Source of the DNA: Burkholderiales bacterium
GTDB lineage: Bacteria > Pseudomonadota > Gammaproteobacteria > Burkholderiales > Burkholderiaceae_C
Length of the DNA stretch: 64,000 bases
Reading direction: 5' to 3'
NCBI GenBank assembly: GCA_038230935.1
Contig: JBBRMH010000001.1
Span: 2,116 to 66,115 of the forward strand
Positions 1-11,028 of the stretch are shown here, one piece after another (the stretch's first letter is position 1; each line of letters begins with the position of its first letter). The translations under genes and the position numbers were made by a program. The notes beneath the pieces were generated by a model. That model worked only from the letters and a program-made list of their open reading frames with translations, did not search any database and was not told the DNA's origin.

Positions 1-146
1 AGCTGCTGAGCCAGGGCAAGGCGAACATCGATGCGTGGTGGATTTCTCTGTCTACGTTTGCGGTACTGGTCACAACGCTTTTGTTGCTGACCTTCATGGG
101 TGACGCGCTGCGTGACGCGCTGGACCCGCGCAAGGCGGATTTATGA
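1..146 (+). CDS. ABC peptide-type transporter permease, C-terminal fragment (5' end outside window)
   Basis: The frame ending at TGA 144-146 reads ...AWWISLSTFAVLVTTLLLLTFMGDALRDALDPRKADL*. This is the typical last TM helix plus GDxLRDxLDPR tail of DppC/OppC/YejE-type permeases. The cognate ATPase gene follows. Confidence 0.75.
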   Translation, partial: LLSQGKANIDAWWISLSTFAVLVTTLLLLTFMGDALRDALDPRKADL

Positions 147-164
147 GCATTCGTTCGGGGGCAT

Positions 165-292
165 TCACCGCAGAGGCGCAGAGGGCGCCGAGTAAGCGGG
201 TCAGAGAAATTCATTTTGATCATCCGGTTTTGAAGGCCTCTGCGAGGCTCTGCATCCTCTGCGCCTCTGCGGTAAAGGGTTTTTCTCTGCAC
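165..292. repeat. REP-like palindromic element built from GCAGAG/CTCTGC units
   Basis: Perfect inverted repeat CGCAGAGGCGCAGAGG (169-184) / CCTCTGCGCCTCTGCG (256-271), with additional CTCTGC units at 237-255 and 283-290. A related element lies at 57782-57862. Confidence 0.7.
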
Positions 293-300
293 TACCAGCC

Positions 301-1917
301 ATGACTCAATCACTCCTCCATGTGAAAGACCTGCGTATTTCCTTCGCAGGCAAAGAAGTCGTTCACGGTATTGACTTCAGCATCGCCCCGGGTGAAAAGC
401 TGGCGCTTGTTGGCGAATCAGGTTCAGGCAAAACCATCACCGCACTCAGCTTGCTGCGCCTGGTGCAAAACGCCCAGGTACAGGGAACAGCCGTATTTCA
501 ATCGCCCCAAGGCGAAGTCGAGCTGCTGGGCATGCCCGAACGGCAACTGCGCGGCATTCGCGGTCAAGACATCGCCATGATTTTTCAGGAGCCCATGACG
601 GCTTTGAACCCGCTGTTCACGGTGGGCAACCAGATCGAGGAGATATTGGCATTAAAACAGGGTCTGGGGCAAGCAATGCGTGCACAGGCAGCTATTAAAT
701 TGCTAGCAGATACAGGTATCACCGAACCCGAACGCCGGGCCAAGTGCTTTCCGCACCAGCTCTCGGGTGGCCAGCGCCAGCGCGCCATGATCGCCATGGC
801 GCTGGCTTGCCAGCCGAAACTGCTGCTCGCCGACGAGCCCACCACAGCGCTGGACGTGACAGTTCGCACCCAGATTCTTGACTTGCTGGGCGAGTTGCAG
901 CGCAAAAACGGCATGGCCGTGCTGATGATCACGCATGACCTGAATCTGGTACGCCGCTTTGCTGACCGCATCGCGGTGATGGAAAACGGCGTGATTGTGG
1001 AGCAGGGCGCTGTTCAAGCCGTGTTTGCCAGCCCGCAGCACGCCTACACAAAGAAGCTCATGGACAGCAAACCCATACGCGATGTGCGGGAAGTACCTGT
1101 CAAGCCGGGGCTGCCCGCCGTGATGCAGGCCAAAGACCTGCGCGTGAGCTACCCGGTCAGTTTGCCGGGCTTCAAGGGCTGGTTTAAAACCGGTGAGTTC
1201 GTGGCAGTGCAGGGTGCCAGTTTCAGCATTCCGGCCGGGCAAACACTGGGCGTGATGGGTGAGTCAGGCTCTGGCAAATCCAGTCTGGCGCTGGCGGCGC
1301 TTGGTTTGCACCCGTCAAAGGGCGACCTCACTGTGTCGATAGGCCCCATGCGATTGGGCTGGACTAAAAACGCCATCATCAATAAAGTCATCCGTAAAGC
1401 GGTACAGGTCGTGTTTCAAGACCCGTTCTCGTCGCTCTCGCCACGCATGACAGTCGAGCAGATTGTTGGCGAAGGGCTGACCGTTCACCAGCCCGGCATC
1501 CATGGTATTGAGCTGCAGCAGCGGGTCGTGCGGACGCTCGGGGAAGTGGGCATGCTTGAGAGGCAATTTCCCGGGCTATTGCAACGCTACCCCCATGAGT
1601 TTTCCGGTGGCCAGCGCCAGCGCATCGCGATCGCCCGGGCGCTGATGGTCGAGCCGCAGTTGCTGGTGCTTGACGAGCCGACCAGCGCGCTGGATGTCAC
1701 CATCCAAAAACAGGTATTGCAGCTGCTGCAAAAGCTCCAGCGGGAGCGGGGTCTGAGTTATTTGCTGATCACGCACGACATCGACGTGATCAAGGCGATG
1801 GCGCACCAGGTGATCGTCATGAAAGACGGCGCAGTCCTGGAAGCCGGCACGCTGGCGCACATTGTGGATACACCTCGACACCCTTACACGCAAATGCTGG
1901 TGGCCGCCCAGATCTAG
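301..1917 (+). CDS. ABC transporter ATP-binding protein with duplicated ATPase domains (YejF/peptide-type)
   Basis: 538 aa with two Walker A motifs (GESGSGKT, GESGSGKS), two LSGGQRQR signatures and two Walker B motifs (LLLADEPT, LLVLDEPT). Confidence 0.9.
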   Translation: MTQSLLHVKDLRISFAGKEVVHGIDFSIAPGEKLALVGESGSGKTITALSLLRLVQNAQVQGTAVFQSPQGEVELLGMPERQLRGIRGQDIAMIFQEPMTALNPLFTVGNQIEEILALKQGLGQAMRAQAAIKLLADTGITEPERRAKCFPHQLSGGQRQRAMIAMALACQPKLLLADEPTTALDVTVRTQILDLLGELQRKNGMAVLMITHDLNLVRRFADRIAVMENGVIVEQGAVQAVFASPQHAYTKKLMDSKPIRDVREVPVKPGLPAVMQAKDLRVSYPVSLPGFKGWFKTGEFVAVQGASFSIPAGQTLGVMGESGSGKSSLALAALGLHPSKGDLTVSIGPMRLGWTKNAIINKVIRKAVQVVFQDPFSSLSPRMTVEQIVGEGLTVHQPGIHGIELQQRVVRTLGEVGMLERQFPGLLQRYPHEFSGGQRQRIAIARALMVEPQLLVLDEPTSALDVTIQKQVLQLLQKLQRERGLSYLLITHDIDVIKAMAHQVIVMKDGAVLEAGTLAHIVDTPRHPYTQMLVAAQI

Positions 1918-2019
1918 TTTTTCGCTACAAGCGAAGGCTAAACCTCGCCGGGCACACAAACTGCTAGCGAAGGACTTGCGAACGCTGTTTTATCAGGTTA
2001 CAATACGCACTTCACGACC

Positions 2020-2052
2020 AAATGGGCGGGTTCACACCGCCCATTTTTTTTG
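2020..2052 (+). terminator. Rho-independent terminator after the ABC operon
   Basis: AAATGGGCGG-gttcaca-CCGCCCATTT stem-loop followed directly by a T8 run. Confidence 0.6.
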
Positions 2053-2125
2053 GGCGTTTGTTTTTACGCTTATGGCCTATACATAGCGTTAACCCTTATT
2101 TTTCAGACACTGCTTTTTAAACTTG

Positions 2126-2809
2126 ATGGCTTCACCCCGCACGAACGACACGATTGAACAAACCGTTACCGGGCTCGGCTACGACCTGGTCGATATCGAG
2201 CGTACGACTGGCGGCTTGTTGCGCGTGACGATTGATATGCCGTACATGCCTGAGGCAGAGCAATTCATCAATGCAGAAGATTGTGAAAAAGTCACGCGCC
2301 AGCTCCAGTTCGTGCTGGAAGTCGAGGGCGCTGAATATTCCCGGCTGGAGGTGAGCTCGCCAGGCATTGACAGGCCGCTGAAGACCGAGAAAGATTTTGA
2401 GCGCTTTGTGGGGGAATTGATAGACCTCACTTTAAAGGCACCGATAGGGGTTGCCGCGGTTGCCGGATCAACGATTTCAGCCAACCAGAAAAAATTTCGG
2501 GGGACGCTGGAGCGTTCGGAGCAAACCAGCCAGCCTGGTGAGGGTGCGCCGAACTGGCAGATTGTCTGGACAGATGAGCCTGCTGGCAAACCAGGTCAGA
2601 AAATCAGCAAAAACCGGGTGTTGTCGCCGTTGCAGGCCATGGGCTTTACGCTTGGCGAGATTCATCAGGCGCGCCTGGCACCCGTTGTGGATTTCAAAGG
2701 GCGAAAGCCGCGGGCAGTCAAGAATGCCCCTGCTGCCGGCCAGCCGCCAGCAAATCAAACCAGTCCATTGAAACAGTCAGAAAATGAGAGCGAAAGGCTT
2801 GTGAAATGA
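2126..2809 (+). CDS. rimP: Ribosome maturation factor RimP (long C-terminal extension)
   Basis: N-terminus [30 protein letters not shown]... and [11 protein letters not shown] are RimP hallmarks. It lies immediately upstream of nusA with an ATGA overlap. The ATG at 2126 is preferred to the TTG at 2123. Confidence 0.85.
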   Translation: MASPRTNDTIEQTVTGLGYDLVDIERTTGGLLRVTIDMPYMPEAEQFINAEDCEKVTRQLQFVLEVEGAEYSRLEVSSPGIDRPLKTEKDFERFVGELIDLTLKAPIGVAAVAGSTISANQKKFRGTLERSEQTSQPGEGAPNWQIVWTDEPAGKPGQKISKNRVLSPLQAMGFTLGEIHQARLAPVVDFKGRKPRAVKNAPAAGQPPANQTSPLKQSENESERLVK

Positions 2810-4347
2810 ATCGCGAAATGTTGATGTTGGTAGATGCCATATCGCGCGAAAAAAACGTCGAACGTGACGTGGTTTTCGGTGCGGTAGAGCTCGCCTTAGC
2901 GCAAGCCACCAAAAAGATTTATGTTGGCGAAGTAGATATTCGCGTGGCAGTGGACCGTGACAGTGGCAACTACGAAACCTTCCGCCGCTGGCTGGTGGTG
3001 CCTGACGCGGCTGGTTTGCAAAACCCGGAAGCAGAAGAGCTGATCAGCGACGCCAGAGATGAAATTGCCGATATTGAAGAAGGCGACTACATCGAAAAAC
3101 CGGTTGAAAGCATGCCGATTGGCCGCATTGGTGCCATGGCTGCCAAGCAGGTCATCCTGCAGAAAATCCGCGATGCCGAACGTGAAATGCTCCTTAACGA
3201 GTTCATGTCACGTGGCGACAAGATTTTCGTCGGTACTGTCAAGCGCATGGACAAGGGCGACATCATTGTTGAGTCCGGCCGGGTTGAAGGCCGATTGCGC
3301 CGCAGTGACATGATTCCGAAAGAAAACCTGCGTTCGGGCGACCGTGTGCGCGCCATGATCATGGAAGTCGATACCACCTTGCGTGGCGCGCCCATCATCT
3401 TGTCGCGATCGGCCCCTGAGTACATGATTGAGCTGTTCCGCCAGGAAGTGCCCGAAATAGAGCAGGGCCTGCTGGAGATCAAATCCTGCGCACGCGACCC
3501 CGGTTCACGCGCCAAAATCGCTGTGCTCTCGCACGACAAACGTATTGATCCGATTGGTACTTGCGTTGGCGTGCGCGGCACCCGCGTTACAGGTGTCACC
3601 AACGAGCTCGCAGGCGAGCGTGTGGACATCGTGCTGTGGAGTGAAGACCCGGCGCAGTTCGTGATTGGTGCATTGGCACCCGCCAACGTCTCGTCGATTG
3701 TGGTGGATGAAGAGCGTCACGCCATGGACGTGGTGGTCGATGAAGAAAACCTGGCCATCTCCATCGGCCGGGGCGGGCAAAACGTGCGCCTGGCAGCTGA
3801 GCTGACAGGCTGGAAAATCAACATCATGACGGCTGATGAGTCAGCTGAAAAGCAGTCGCTTGAGACCGATTCCAGCCGCAAGCTGTTCATGGAAAAGCTC
3901 GATGTGGACGAGGAAATCGCCGATATCCTGATCTCCGAAGGCTTCACCAGTCTGGAAGAGGTGGCTTATGTACCGCTGCAGGAAATGCTGGAGATTGAGT
4001 CTTTTGATGAAGACACCGTCAACGAACTGCGCACGCGCGCCAAAGACGCGTTGCTCACCATGGAAATCGTCAAAGAAGAAAATGCCAACGGCGTTTCACA
4101 GAATCTGCGCGACGTGGGCGGCATCACTGCTGAACTTGTTGCCAAACTGACAGAGGCGGGCGTGCATACCCGCGACGACCTGGCCGATCTGGCCACGGAT
4201 GAGCTCACCGAAATCACCGGCCAGTCTCCAGAAGACGCCACGGCCCTGATCATGACTGCTCGCGCGCATTGGTTTACCGATGATGTCGCAGCCGCTCCAT
4301 CCGCTATTGCACCGGCTGAAAAGCCGGCAATAGCCGAAGAGCAATGA
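2806..4347 (+). CDS. nusA: Transcription termination/antitermination factor NusA
   Basis: 513 aa with an S1/KH region ([47 protein letters not shown]) and C-terminal acidic repeats. It sits in the rimP-nusA-infB context. Confidence 0.95.
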   Translation: MNREMLMLVDAISREKNVERDVVFGAVELALAQATKKIYVGEVDIRVAVDRDSGNYETFRRWLVVPDAAGLQNPEAEELISDARDEIADIEEGDYIEKPVESMPIGRIGAMAAKQVILQKIRDAEREMLLNEFMSRGDKIFVGTVKRMDKGDIIVESGRVEGRLRRSDMIPKENLRSGDRVRAMIMEVDTTLRGAPIILSRSAPEYMIELFRQEVPEIEQGLLEIKSCARDPGSRAKIAVLSHDKRIDPIGTCVGVRGTRVTGVTNELAGERVDIVLWSEDPAQFVIGALAPANVSSIVVDEERHAMDVVVDEENLAISIGRGGQNVRLAAELTGWKINIMTADESAEKQSLETDSSRKLFMEKLDVDEEIADILISEGFTSLEEVAYVPLQEMLEIESFDEDTVNELRTRAKDALLTMEIVKEENANGVSQNLRDVGGITAELVAKLTEAGVHTRDDLADLATDELTEITGQSPEDATALIMTARAHWFTDDVAAAPSAIAPAEKPAIAEEQ

Positions 4348-4377
4348 TCATGAAAGCCAGCCAGGAAAACCATATAT

Positions 4378-7362
4378 ATGTCCAGTACCACTACCGTCGC
4401 TGAATTCGCAGCTGAACTGAATAAATCCACCGCCACACTGATCGAGCAATTGACCAGCGCCGGTGTCGCTCGCGCGCAAGCCAGCGATCCCCTGTCAGAG
4501 TCTGACAAGCAAAAACTGCTTGGTTACCTGCAGGCATCGCATGGCACGGTTTCGGCAGAGCGTAAAAAAATCACACTGGTGAAAAAATCCACCAGTGAGA
4601 TCAAACAGGCTGATGCCACTGGCAAGGCGCGCACGATCCAGGTTGAAGTGCGTAAAAAACGCACCTTTGTCAAACGCGACGATGGCACTGAAATGCCAGC
4701 GGACGACGTGCAGACCGAAGTCACGGCTACACCGCAAGTGACAGCCGCTGAAGATGCAGAACTGATTCGTCGCGAAGAAGAAGCCAACCGGCATGCGGAG
4801 CTGCTGCGACTGCAGGAAGCAGAACTCACAGAAAAGCGTCGTCTGCGCGAAGAGCAGGATGCCAAAGACGCGGCTCTTGAACAAGAGCGAGCCGCCGCCG
4901 CATTGCTGGCTCATGCTGCAGCTGAGGCAGCCGCCAAAGCAGCCGCGCAAGCAGAGGCAGAGGCTAAAGCTGCAGCTGCAGCACTTGCACTGGCAAAACC
5001 GAAACCAACCATCGGCAAAATTTTCAAGCCTGCGCCGATCGTCAATGTGGCTGCTGTGGAAGCAGCCAAAGCTGCCGAGACAGCAGCAGCTGTCAAGGCG
5101 ACGCAAGCTGCAGATGCGGCAACAGCCAGACAAGCTGCCCAAGCAGCAGCGCAAACTGCCGCAAAAGCCAAAGCTACGGCTGAATTCCAGGCGGATGCCG
5201 CCAAAGCGCAGGATTTGCAGGAGCGTCGCCGCAAAGCCGAAGCCGAAGCCGCTGGCATTCGTGCCATGATGTCTGCGCCCAAACGCGTGCTGGTTCCGCA
5301 TGTCGATCCAAAAATAGCCATGAAGGGCACGCTGCATAAACCAGCGGTCGCCCCTGGAGCCGCCAAGCCAGCTGCGGCAGGTACACCGGCAGCGCCGGGT
5401 GCTGCAGGCAAAAAAGAAGTCAAGTCAGAAAACCTGTCTTCGACCTGGAAAGACGACGCAGCCAAGAAGAAAGCTTTGCCAACCCGTGGTGCACCGAGCG
5501 CGCCCGGCCGTGGAAACTTCCGTGGTGCGCCATCGCGTGGCCGTCGCAGCAATGACCGTGATTCACGCCCAGAGTCCAACTTTGTGGCGCCGACCGAGTT
5601 CAAGGTTATTGAAGTTCATGTGCCTGAAACCATTACTGTGGCCGAGCTGGCCCACAAAATGAGTGTCAAGTCGAACGAAGTCATCAAGCACCTGATGAAA
5701 CTCGGCCAGATGGTCACCATCAACCAGATGCTGGACCAGGACACCGCCATGATTCTGGTGGAGGAAATGGGCCATAAAGCTGTCACTGCAGCACTGGATG
5801 ACCCGGAAGCATTCACTGATGATGACACCCAGGGCCAGCAGGCAGAGTCTTTGCCGCGTGCCCCTGTGGTGACCGTCATGGGTCACGTTGACCATGGCAA
5901 GACTTCCCTGCTCGACTACATTCGCCGTGCCAAGGTGGCCTCGGGTGAAGCGGGTGGCATTACCCAGCACATTGGCGCCTACCACGTGGAAACACCGCGC
6001 GGCATGGTGTCTTTCCTGGACACACCGGGCCACGAAGCGTTCACGGCCATGCGTGCCCGTGGCGCGCAGGCCACGGACATCGTGATTCTGGTGGTTGCAG
6101 CCGATGACGGTGTCATGCCCCAGACCCGTGAGGCGATCAAGCACGCCAAGGCGGCGGGTGTGCCCATCGTTGTGGCGATCAACAAGATCGACAAGCACGA
6201 TGCCAACCTTGACCGCGTCAAGGGTGAACTGGTGACTGAGGAAGTGGTGCCCGAAGAGTTCGGCGGTGACTCACCGTTTGTGCCGGTTTCTGCCCGTACA
6301 GGTGCCGGTATCGATACCTTGCTTGAACAGGTCTTGCTGCAGGCTGAAATTCTGGAACTGCGTGCACCGGTCGATGCACTGGCCAAAGGTCTGGTGATTG
6401 AAGCGCGCCTCGACAAGGGTCGCGGCCCTGTGGCGACCGTGCTGGTGCAGTCCGGCACGCTCAAAGCGGGTGACATTGTGCTGGCAGGCTCGACCTATGG
6501 CCGTGTCCGTGCCATGCTGGACGAAAACGGCAAGACCATTAAAACGGCAGGCCCATCGATTCCGGTCGAAATTCAGGGTCTGACCGAAGTGCCGCAAGCC
6601 GGTGATGACTTCATTGTCATGCTCGACGAGCGCCGCGCCCGCGAAATCTCGACCTACCGTGCCGGCAAGTTCCGCAACACCAAGCTGGCCAAGCAGCAGG
6701 CCTCGAAGCTGGAGAACATGTTCTCCGACATCAACGCTGGCGAAGTCAAGATGTTGCCGATCATCATCAAGGCCGATGTACAAGGCTCGCAAGAAGCGCT
6801 GGCCCAGTCGCTGCTCAAGCTGTCGACCGACGAGGTCAAGGTGCAGCTGGTTTATTCGGGTGTCGGCGGTATCTCCGAGTCCGACGTGAACCTGGCCATT
6901 GCATCGAAGGCCGTACTGATCGGGTTCAACACCCGCGCTGACGCGCAAGCCCGCAAGCAGGCTGAAAACAACGGTGTGGATATTCGTTACTACAACATCA
7001 TTTATGACGCTGTGGACGAGCTGAAAGCCGCCATGTCCGGCATGCTCACGCCAGACAAGAAGGAAGAAATCATCGGTACCGCCGAGATCCGCCAGGTGTT
7101 CAAGGTCAGCAAGATCGGCTCGATTGCCGGTTGTATGGTCACCGCCGGTGTGGTTCGCCGCTCCGCCAGGTTGCGTTTGTTGCGCCAGAACATCGTTATC
7201 TATACGGGTGAGCTCGATTCGCTCAAGCGTTTCAAGGACGATGCCAAAGAGGTCAAGGAAAGTTTCGAGTGCGGCTTGAACATCAAGAACTACAACGACA
7301 TTGAAGTCGGTGACGTGCTGGAGTTCTTTGAGATTCGCGAGGTTGCGCGTACGTTGGCGTAA
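4378..7362 (+). CDS. infB: Translation initiation factor IF-2
   Basis: 994 aa with GTPase motifs [24 protein letters not shown] and NKID. It has a long Ala/Lys/Glu-rich low-complexity N-terminal region. Confidence 0.97.
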   Translation: MSSTTTVAEFAAELNKSTATLIEQLTSAGVARAQASDPLSESDKQKLLGYLQASHGTVSAERKKITLVKKSTSEIKQADATGKARTIQVEVRKKRTFVKRDDGTEMPADDVQTEVTATPQVTAAEDAELIRREEEANRHAELLRLQEAELTEKRRLREEQDAKDAALEQERAAAALLAHAAAEAAAKAAAQAEAEAKAAAAALALAKPKPTIGKIFKPAPIVNVAAVEAAKAAETAAAVKATQAADAATARQAAQAAAQTAAKAKATAEFQADAAKAQDLQERRRKAEAEAAGIRAMMSAPKRVLVPHVDPKIAMKGTLHKPAVAPGAAKPAAAGTPAAPGAAGKKEVKSENLSSTWKDDAAKKKALPTRGAPSAPGRGNFRGAPSRGRRSNDRDSRPESNFVAPTEFKVIEVHVPETITVAELAHKMSVKSNEVIKHLMKLGQMVTINQMLDQDTAMILVEEMGHKAVTAALDDPEAFTDDDTQGQQAESLPRAPVVTVMGHVDHGKTSLLDYIRRAKVASGEAGGITQHIGAYHVETPRGMVSFLDTPGHEAFTAMRARGAQATDIVILVVAADDGVMPQTREAIKHAKAAGVPIVVAINKIDKHDANLDRVKGELVTEEVVPEEFGGDSPFVPVSARTGAGIDTLLEQVLLQAEILELRAPVDALAKGLVIEARLDKGRGPVATVLVQSGTLKAGDIVLAGSTYGRVRAMLDENGKTIKTAGPSIPVEIQGLTEVPQAGDDFIVMLDERRAREISTYRAGKFRNTKLAKQQASKLENMFSDINAGEVKMLPIIIKADVQGSQEALAQSLLKLSTDEVKVQLVYSGVGGISESDVNLAIASKAVLIGFNTRADAQARKQAENNGVDIRYYNIIYDAVDELKAAMSGMLTPDKKEEIIGTAEIRQVFKVSKIGSIAGCMVTAGVVRRSARLRLLRQNIVIYTGELDSLKRFKDDAKEVKESFECGLNIKNYNDIEVGDVLEFFEIREVARTLA

Positions 7363-7431
7363 TTCACCTGCTGACCGTTCCCTGGGGCCGGTCAGCCCGC
7401 TGAACCTTCAGTCAAGACAACGCTCATTTCA

Positions 7432-7806
7432 ATGCGTAAAAAATCAAACACCCCCAACCGCGGTTTTCGCGTAGCCGACCAGATTCAGCGTGACCTCACG
7501 GATCTGATCGCGCGCGAACTCAAAGACCCGCGGGTCGGTATGGTGACGGTGCAAGCTGTTGAAGTCACAGCTGATTACGCCCACGCCAAGGTGTTTTTCA
7601 GCGTGCTGATGGGTGACCCGGTGGAATGCGAAACAGCCTTGAACAAGGCCGCCGGCTTTTTGCGCAACGGCTTGTTCAAGCGCCTGATGACGCATACCGT
7701 GCCCACCCTGCATTTTCACTTTGACCGCACCACCGAGCGTGCGGCAGACATGAACGCCTTGATCGCCAAGGCGGTTTCTTCCCGCGCCACGGACAGCGAC
7801 GTATAG
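7432..7806 (+). CDS. rbfA: Ribosome-binding factor A
   Basis: 124 aa. [22 protein letters not shown]...[13 protein letters not shown] is a typical RbfA sequence, and the gene sits downstream of infB. Confidence 0.93.
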   Translation: MRKKSNTPNRGFRVADQIQRDLTDLIARELKDPRVGMVTVQAVEVTADYAHAKVFFSVLMGDPVECETALNKAAGFLRNGLFKRLMTHTVPTLHFHFDRTTERAADMNALIAKAVSSRATDSDV

Positions 7807-7900
7807 AAATGAGCAATGCCGGGCCGCCCCAAGGAGCGAATGCCCCCTTGGAGGGGCAGGAAAACACTCGTGACAAACTCGCCGCTGAACATGTCCCAGC

Positions 7901-7994
7901 CAAGCAGGGGCCGCGGGACTGGCTTCGCCAGACCGCAGGCGCAGCGGCCCCCACGGGGGGCAGGGAGACGCGCGTTGTGAGCAACCGTGGGGGC
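7901..7994 (+). repeat. 94-nt GC-rich structured intergenic repeat, copy C
   Basis: CAAGCAGGGGCCGCGGGACTGGCTTCGCCAGaCCGCAGGCGCAGCGGCCCC... is near-identical over about 60 nt to 13081-13173 and to the reverse complement of 10851-10944. All copies end in CGTGGGGGC. Confidence 0.8.
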
Positions 7995-8975
7995 AAGGTC
8001 TTGAGGCGCCCTGTGCATGGGGTGTTGCTGCTCGATAAACCCATCGGCCTTTCCAGCAATCAGGCGTTGCAAAAAGCCAAGTGGCTGTTGCGCGCCGAAA
8101 AAGCGGGCCACACCGGCACGCTTGATCCCCTGGCGACAGGCGTGCTGCCACTGTGTTTTGGTGCGGCTACCAAGTTCAGCCAGATTCAGCTGGAAGCGGA
8201 CAAAACCTACGAGGCCGTGCTGTTGCTGGGCCAGAAAACCAGCACCGGCGACGCGGAGGGCGAGGTGATTGAAACCCGGCCTGTGCCCGCCATCACACCA
8301 GAACTGCTGGCAGAAATGACACAGCGGTTCTCAGGCCCGATTGCCCAGATTCCACCCATGTACTCGGCCCTCAAGAAAGACGGCAAGGCACTGTATGAGT
8401 ACGCTCGCCGTGGCCAGGAAGTCGAGCGCGAAGCGCGTCACATCACGGTTTATAAGCTGAATATGGCTCCAGCCCTTGATTTACGTGCGCCAGCAGCTAT
8501 TAAAATCATAGTGCGTTGCAGCAAGGGCACCTACATTCGCACACTGGGCGAAGACATCGGTGAGGCCATCGGCTGTGGTGCGCATCTGGGCTCGCTCAGA
8601 CGTGTGGAAACCGGTGGTTTTGTTGAAAGCCAGTGTGTCAGCCTGAGTGATCTCGAAGCCATGAGCGAGCAGGAACGCGACGCCCGCCTGCTGCCTGCCC
8701 AGTCGCTGGTAGCTGCCTACCCGACTGTCACACTCGATGCTGATCATGCAGGACGCTTTTTAAGCGGTTTGCGCCGCCGTGGCACGCCTGGCCAGTGGGG
8801 CAAGGACGGCTCGGTGGTGCAGGTGTTCGGCTCGGCACCACCTGCATTTTTAGGCTCGGCCCACATCACGGGCGATGAGCTGATTCCCCAGCGCCTGCTC
8901 AGCCCGGTCGAGATCCAGGATATTTTGCTTGCTGCCCAGTCCAAAACCCTTTTAACTCCTCCGACTGGTCACTGA
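7977..8975 (+). CDS. truB: tRNA pseudouridine-55 synthase TruB
   Basis: Conserved core begins at HGVLLLDKPIGLSSNQ...GHTGTLDPLATGVLP. The raw ORF (7809) runs through the intergenic repeat, so the in-frame GTG at 7977 is preferred. The exact start is uncertain. Confidence 0.88.
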   Translation: MSNRGGKVLRRPVHGVLLLDKPIGLSSNQALQKAKWLLRAEKAGHTGTLDPLATGVLPLCFGAATKFSQIQLEADKTYEAVLLLGQKTSTGDAEGEVIETRPVPAITPELLAEMTQRFSGPIAQIPPMYSALKKDGKALYEYARRGQEVEREARHITVYKLNMAPALDLRAPAAIKIIVRCSKGTYIRTLGEDIGEAIGCGAHLGSLRRVETGGFVESQCVSLSDLEAMSEQERDARLLPAQSLVAAYPTVTLDADHAGRFLSGLRRRGTPGQWGKDGSVVQVFGSAPPAFLGSAHITGDELIPQRLLSPVEIQDILLAAQSKTLLTPPTGH

Positions 8976-9026
8976 TTCCGTCGATTTTTACCCTTTTCAA
9001 GTTTCCAAGCCTCCAGAAAGTCACCC

Positions 9027-10850
9027 ATGAGTCATAAACAAATCCGTAACATTGCCATCATTGCCCACGTTGACCACGGTAAAACCACCATGGTCGATCA
9101 GCTGCTGCGCCAGTCCGGCACCTTCGCCGAGCACGAAAAAGTTGTCGATACCGTAATGGACAACAACGCTATCGAAAAAGAACGCGGCATCACGATTCTG
9201 GCCAAAAACTGTGCTGTGACCTGGGAAGGCACGCACATCAACATCGTCGATACCCCAGGCCACGCCGACTTCGGCGGTGAAGTCGAGCGTGCGTTGTCGA
9301 TGGTCGATGGCGTCGTGTTGCTCATCGACGCGCAGGAAGGCCCGATGCCACAAACCCGTTTTGTGACCAAAAAAGCACTCGCTCTGGGTCTCAAGCCGAT
9401 TCTGGTCGTCAACAAGGTGGACAAGCCAGGCGCGCGTCCTGACTTCGTTGTCAACGCCGCTTTTGACCTGTTTGACAAGCTCGGCGCGACCGATGAGCAG
9501 CTGGACTTCCCGGTGGTGTATGCCTCCGGCATCAACGGCTGGTCGTCACTGGTGGAAGGCCCACCGAACGAGCAGTGGGGTCCTGACATGTCGGCCCTGT
9601 TCAACACCGTGCTCAAGCATGTGCCCGCTCAAAAAGGTGACCCTGCAGCACCGCTGCAACTGCAAATTTCTGCGCTCGACTTCTCGACCTTTGTGGGCCG
9701 CATTGGCGTGGGCCGGATCAGCCAGGGCACGATCAAGCCGATGATGGATGTCGTCGTCATGGAAGGCCCGGACGGCAAGGCTGTGAAGGGCCGTATCAAC
9801 CAGGTGCTGACCTTCCAGGGTCTGGAGCGTGTGCAGGCCCTTGAAGCTGGCCCCGGCGAGATCGTGCTGATCAACGGATTGACCGACATTGGCATTGGTG
9901 TGACGATCACGGACCCGGTCACGCCGATGCCGCTGCCCATGCTCAAGGTCGATGAGCCGACGCTGACCATGAACTTTTGCGTCAACACCAGCCCGCTGGC
10001 TGGCCGTGAAGGCAAATACGTCACCAGCCGCCAGATCTGGGACCGCCTGCAAAAAGAACTGCAACACAACGTCGCGCTGCGCGTCAAGGAAACTGGCGAA
10101 GAGGGTATTTTTGAAGTCATGGGCCGGGGCGAGTTGCACCTGACCATCCTGCTGGAAAACATGCGCCGCGAAGGTTTTGAGCTGGCCGTGTCCAAGCCAC
10201 GCGTGGTGATGAAAGAAGTCAATGGTGAAAAGCACGAGCCGATCGAGCTGGTGACCGCCGACATTGAAGAGCAGCACCAGGGCGGCGTGATGCAGGCGCT
10301 GGGTGAGCGCAAGGGTGATCTGGTCAATATGGAATCCGACGGTCGTGGCCGCGTACGCCTTGAATACCGCATTCCGGCGCGTGGCCTGATTGGTTTTACC
10401 AATGAATTTTTGAACCTGACGCGTGGTTCTGGCTTGATTTCCAACATTTTTGACAGCTACGAAGCCCACAAGGGCGAAATTGGTGGCCGCAAGCAGGGTG
10501 TCCTGATTTCGATGGATGCCGGCGAAATTTTCACTTATGCCCTGGGCAAGCTGGATGACCGTGGCCGCATGTTCGTCAAGGCCAATGATCCGGTATATGA
10601 AGGCATGATTGTTGGCATTCACAGCCGGGACAATGATCTGGTGGTGAACGCCACACGTACCAAGCAGTTGACCAACTTCCGCGTATCCGGCAAGGAAGAC
10701 GCGATCAAGATCACGCCGCCCATTGAGTTGACGCTGGAATACGGCGTGGAATTCATCGAGGACGACGAGCTGGTTGAAATCACGCCCAAGTCGGTTCGCC
10801 TGCGCAAGCGTCACCTGACGGAAAGCGAGCGCAAGCGCGCTGGAAGGTAA
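9027..10850 (+). CDS. typA: Translational GTPase TypA/BipA
   Basis: 607 aa. IRNIAIIAHVDHGKTT, DTPGHADFGGEV and NKVD, with EF-G-like domains throughout. Confidence 0.96.
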   Translation: MSHKQIRNIAIIAHVDHGKTTMVDQLLRQSGTFAEHEKVVDTVMDNNAIEKERGITILAKNCAVTWEGTHINIVDTPGHADFGGEVERALSMVDGVVLLIDAQEGPMPQTRFVTKKALALGLKPILVVNKVDKPGARPDFVVNAAFDLFDKLGATDEQLDFPVVYASGINGWSSLVEGPPNEQWGPDMSALFNTVLKHVPAQKGDPAAPLQLQISALDFSTFVGRIGVGRISQGTIKPMMDVVVMEGPDGKAVKGRINQVLTFQGLERVQALEAGPGEIVLINGLTDIGIGVTITDPVTPMPLPMLKVDEPTLTMNFCVNTSPLAGREGKYVTSRQIWDRLQKELQHNVALRVKETGEEGIFEVMGRGELHLTILLENMRREGFELAVSKPRVVMKEVNGEKHEPIELVTADIEEQHQGGVMQALGERKGDLVNMESDGRGRVRLEYRIPARGLIGFTNEFLNLTRGSGLISNIFDSYEAHKGEIGGRKQGVLISMDAGEIFTYALGKLDDRGRMFVKANDPVYEGMIVGIHSRDNDLVVNATRTKQLTNFRVSGKEDAIKITPPIELTLEYGVEFIEDDELVEITPKSVRLRKRHLTESERKRAGR

Positions 10851-10944
10851 GCCCCCACGCTTTCCCACTGCGTGTGGACGCTGCCCCCCGAGGGGGCCGC
10901 TGCGCCTGCGGTCTGGCTAAGCCAGTCCCGCGGCCCCTGCTGGT
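10851..10944 (-). repeat. 94-nt GC-rich structured intergenic repeat, copy A (inverted)
   Basis: Its reverse complement matches 13081-13173 with only a handful of mismatches by eye. It starts on the base after the typA stop codon. Confidence 0.85.
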
Positions 10945-11028
10945 GAAGATGTAGCCCCTACGCTCGCTCACCGCGTGTAGCGCGCTGCCCCCCTGCTTGC
11001 AAGTCACGTATAAATTTGATCTGGTTTG

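Noticed and set aside
4900-5450. The highly repetitive Ala/Lys/Glu-rich stretch in infB as a possible repeat or mobile insertion.
   Set aside because: It is in-frame low-complexity linker sequence, as is typical of the variable N-terminal region of IF-2.
9546-10868. A 440-aa ORF antisense to typA. Similar long ORFs lie antisense to or out of frame with guaA (17553-18593), infB (4495-5603), MATE (53955-55432), the GT39-like gene (55812-56567) and addB (59798-61533).
   Set aside because: High-GC codon usage leaves stop-poor alternative frames. Their translations are Arg/Ala/Gly/His-rich low-complexity sequences, whereas the overlapping frames encode unmistakable conserved proteins.
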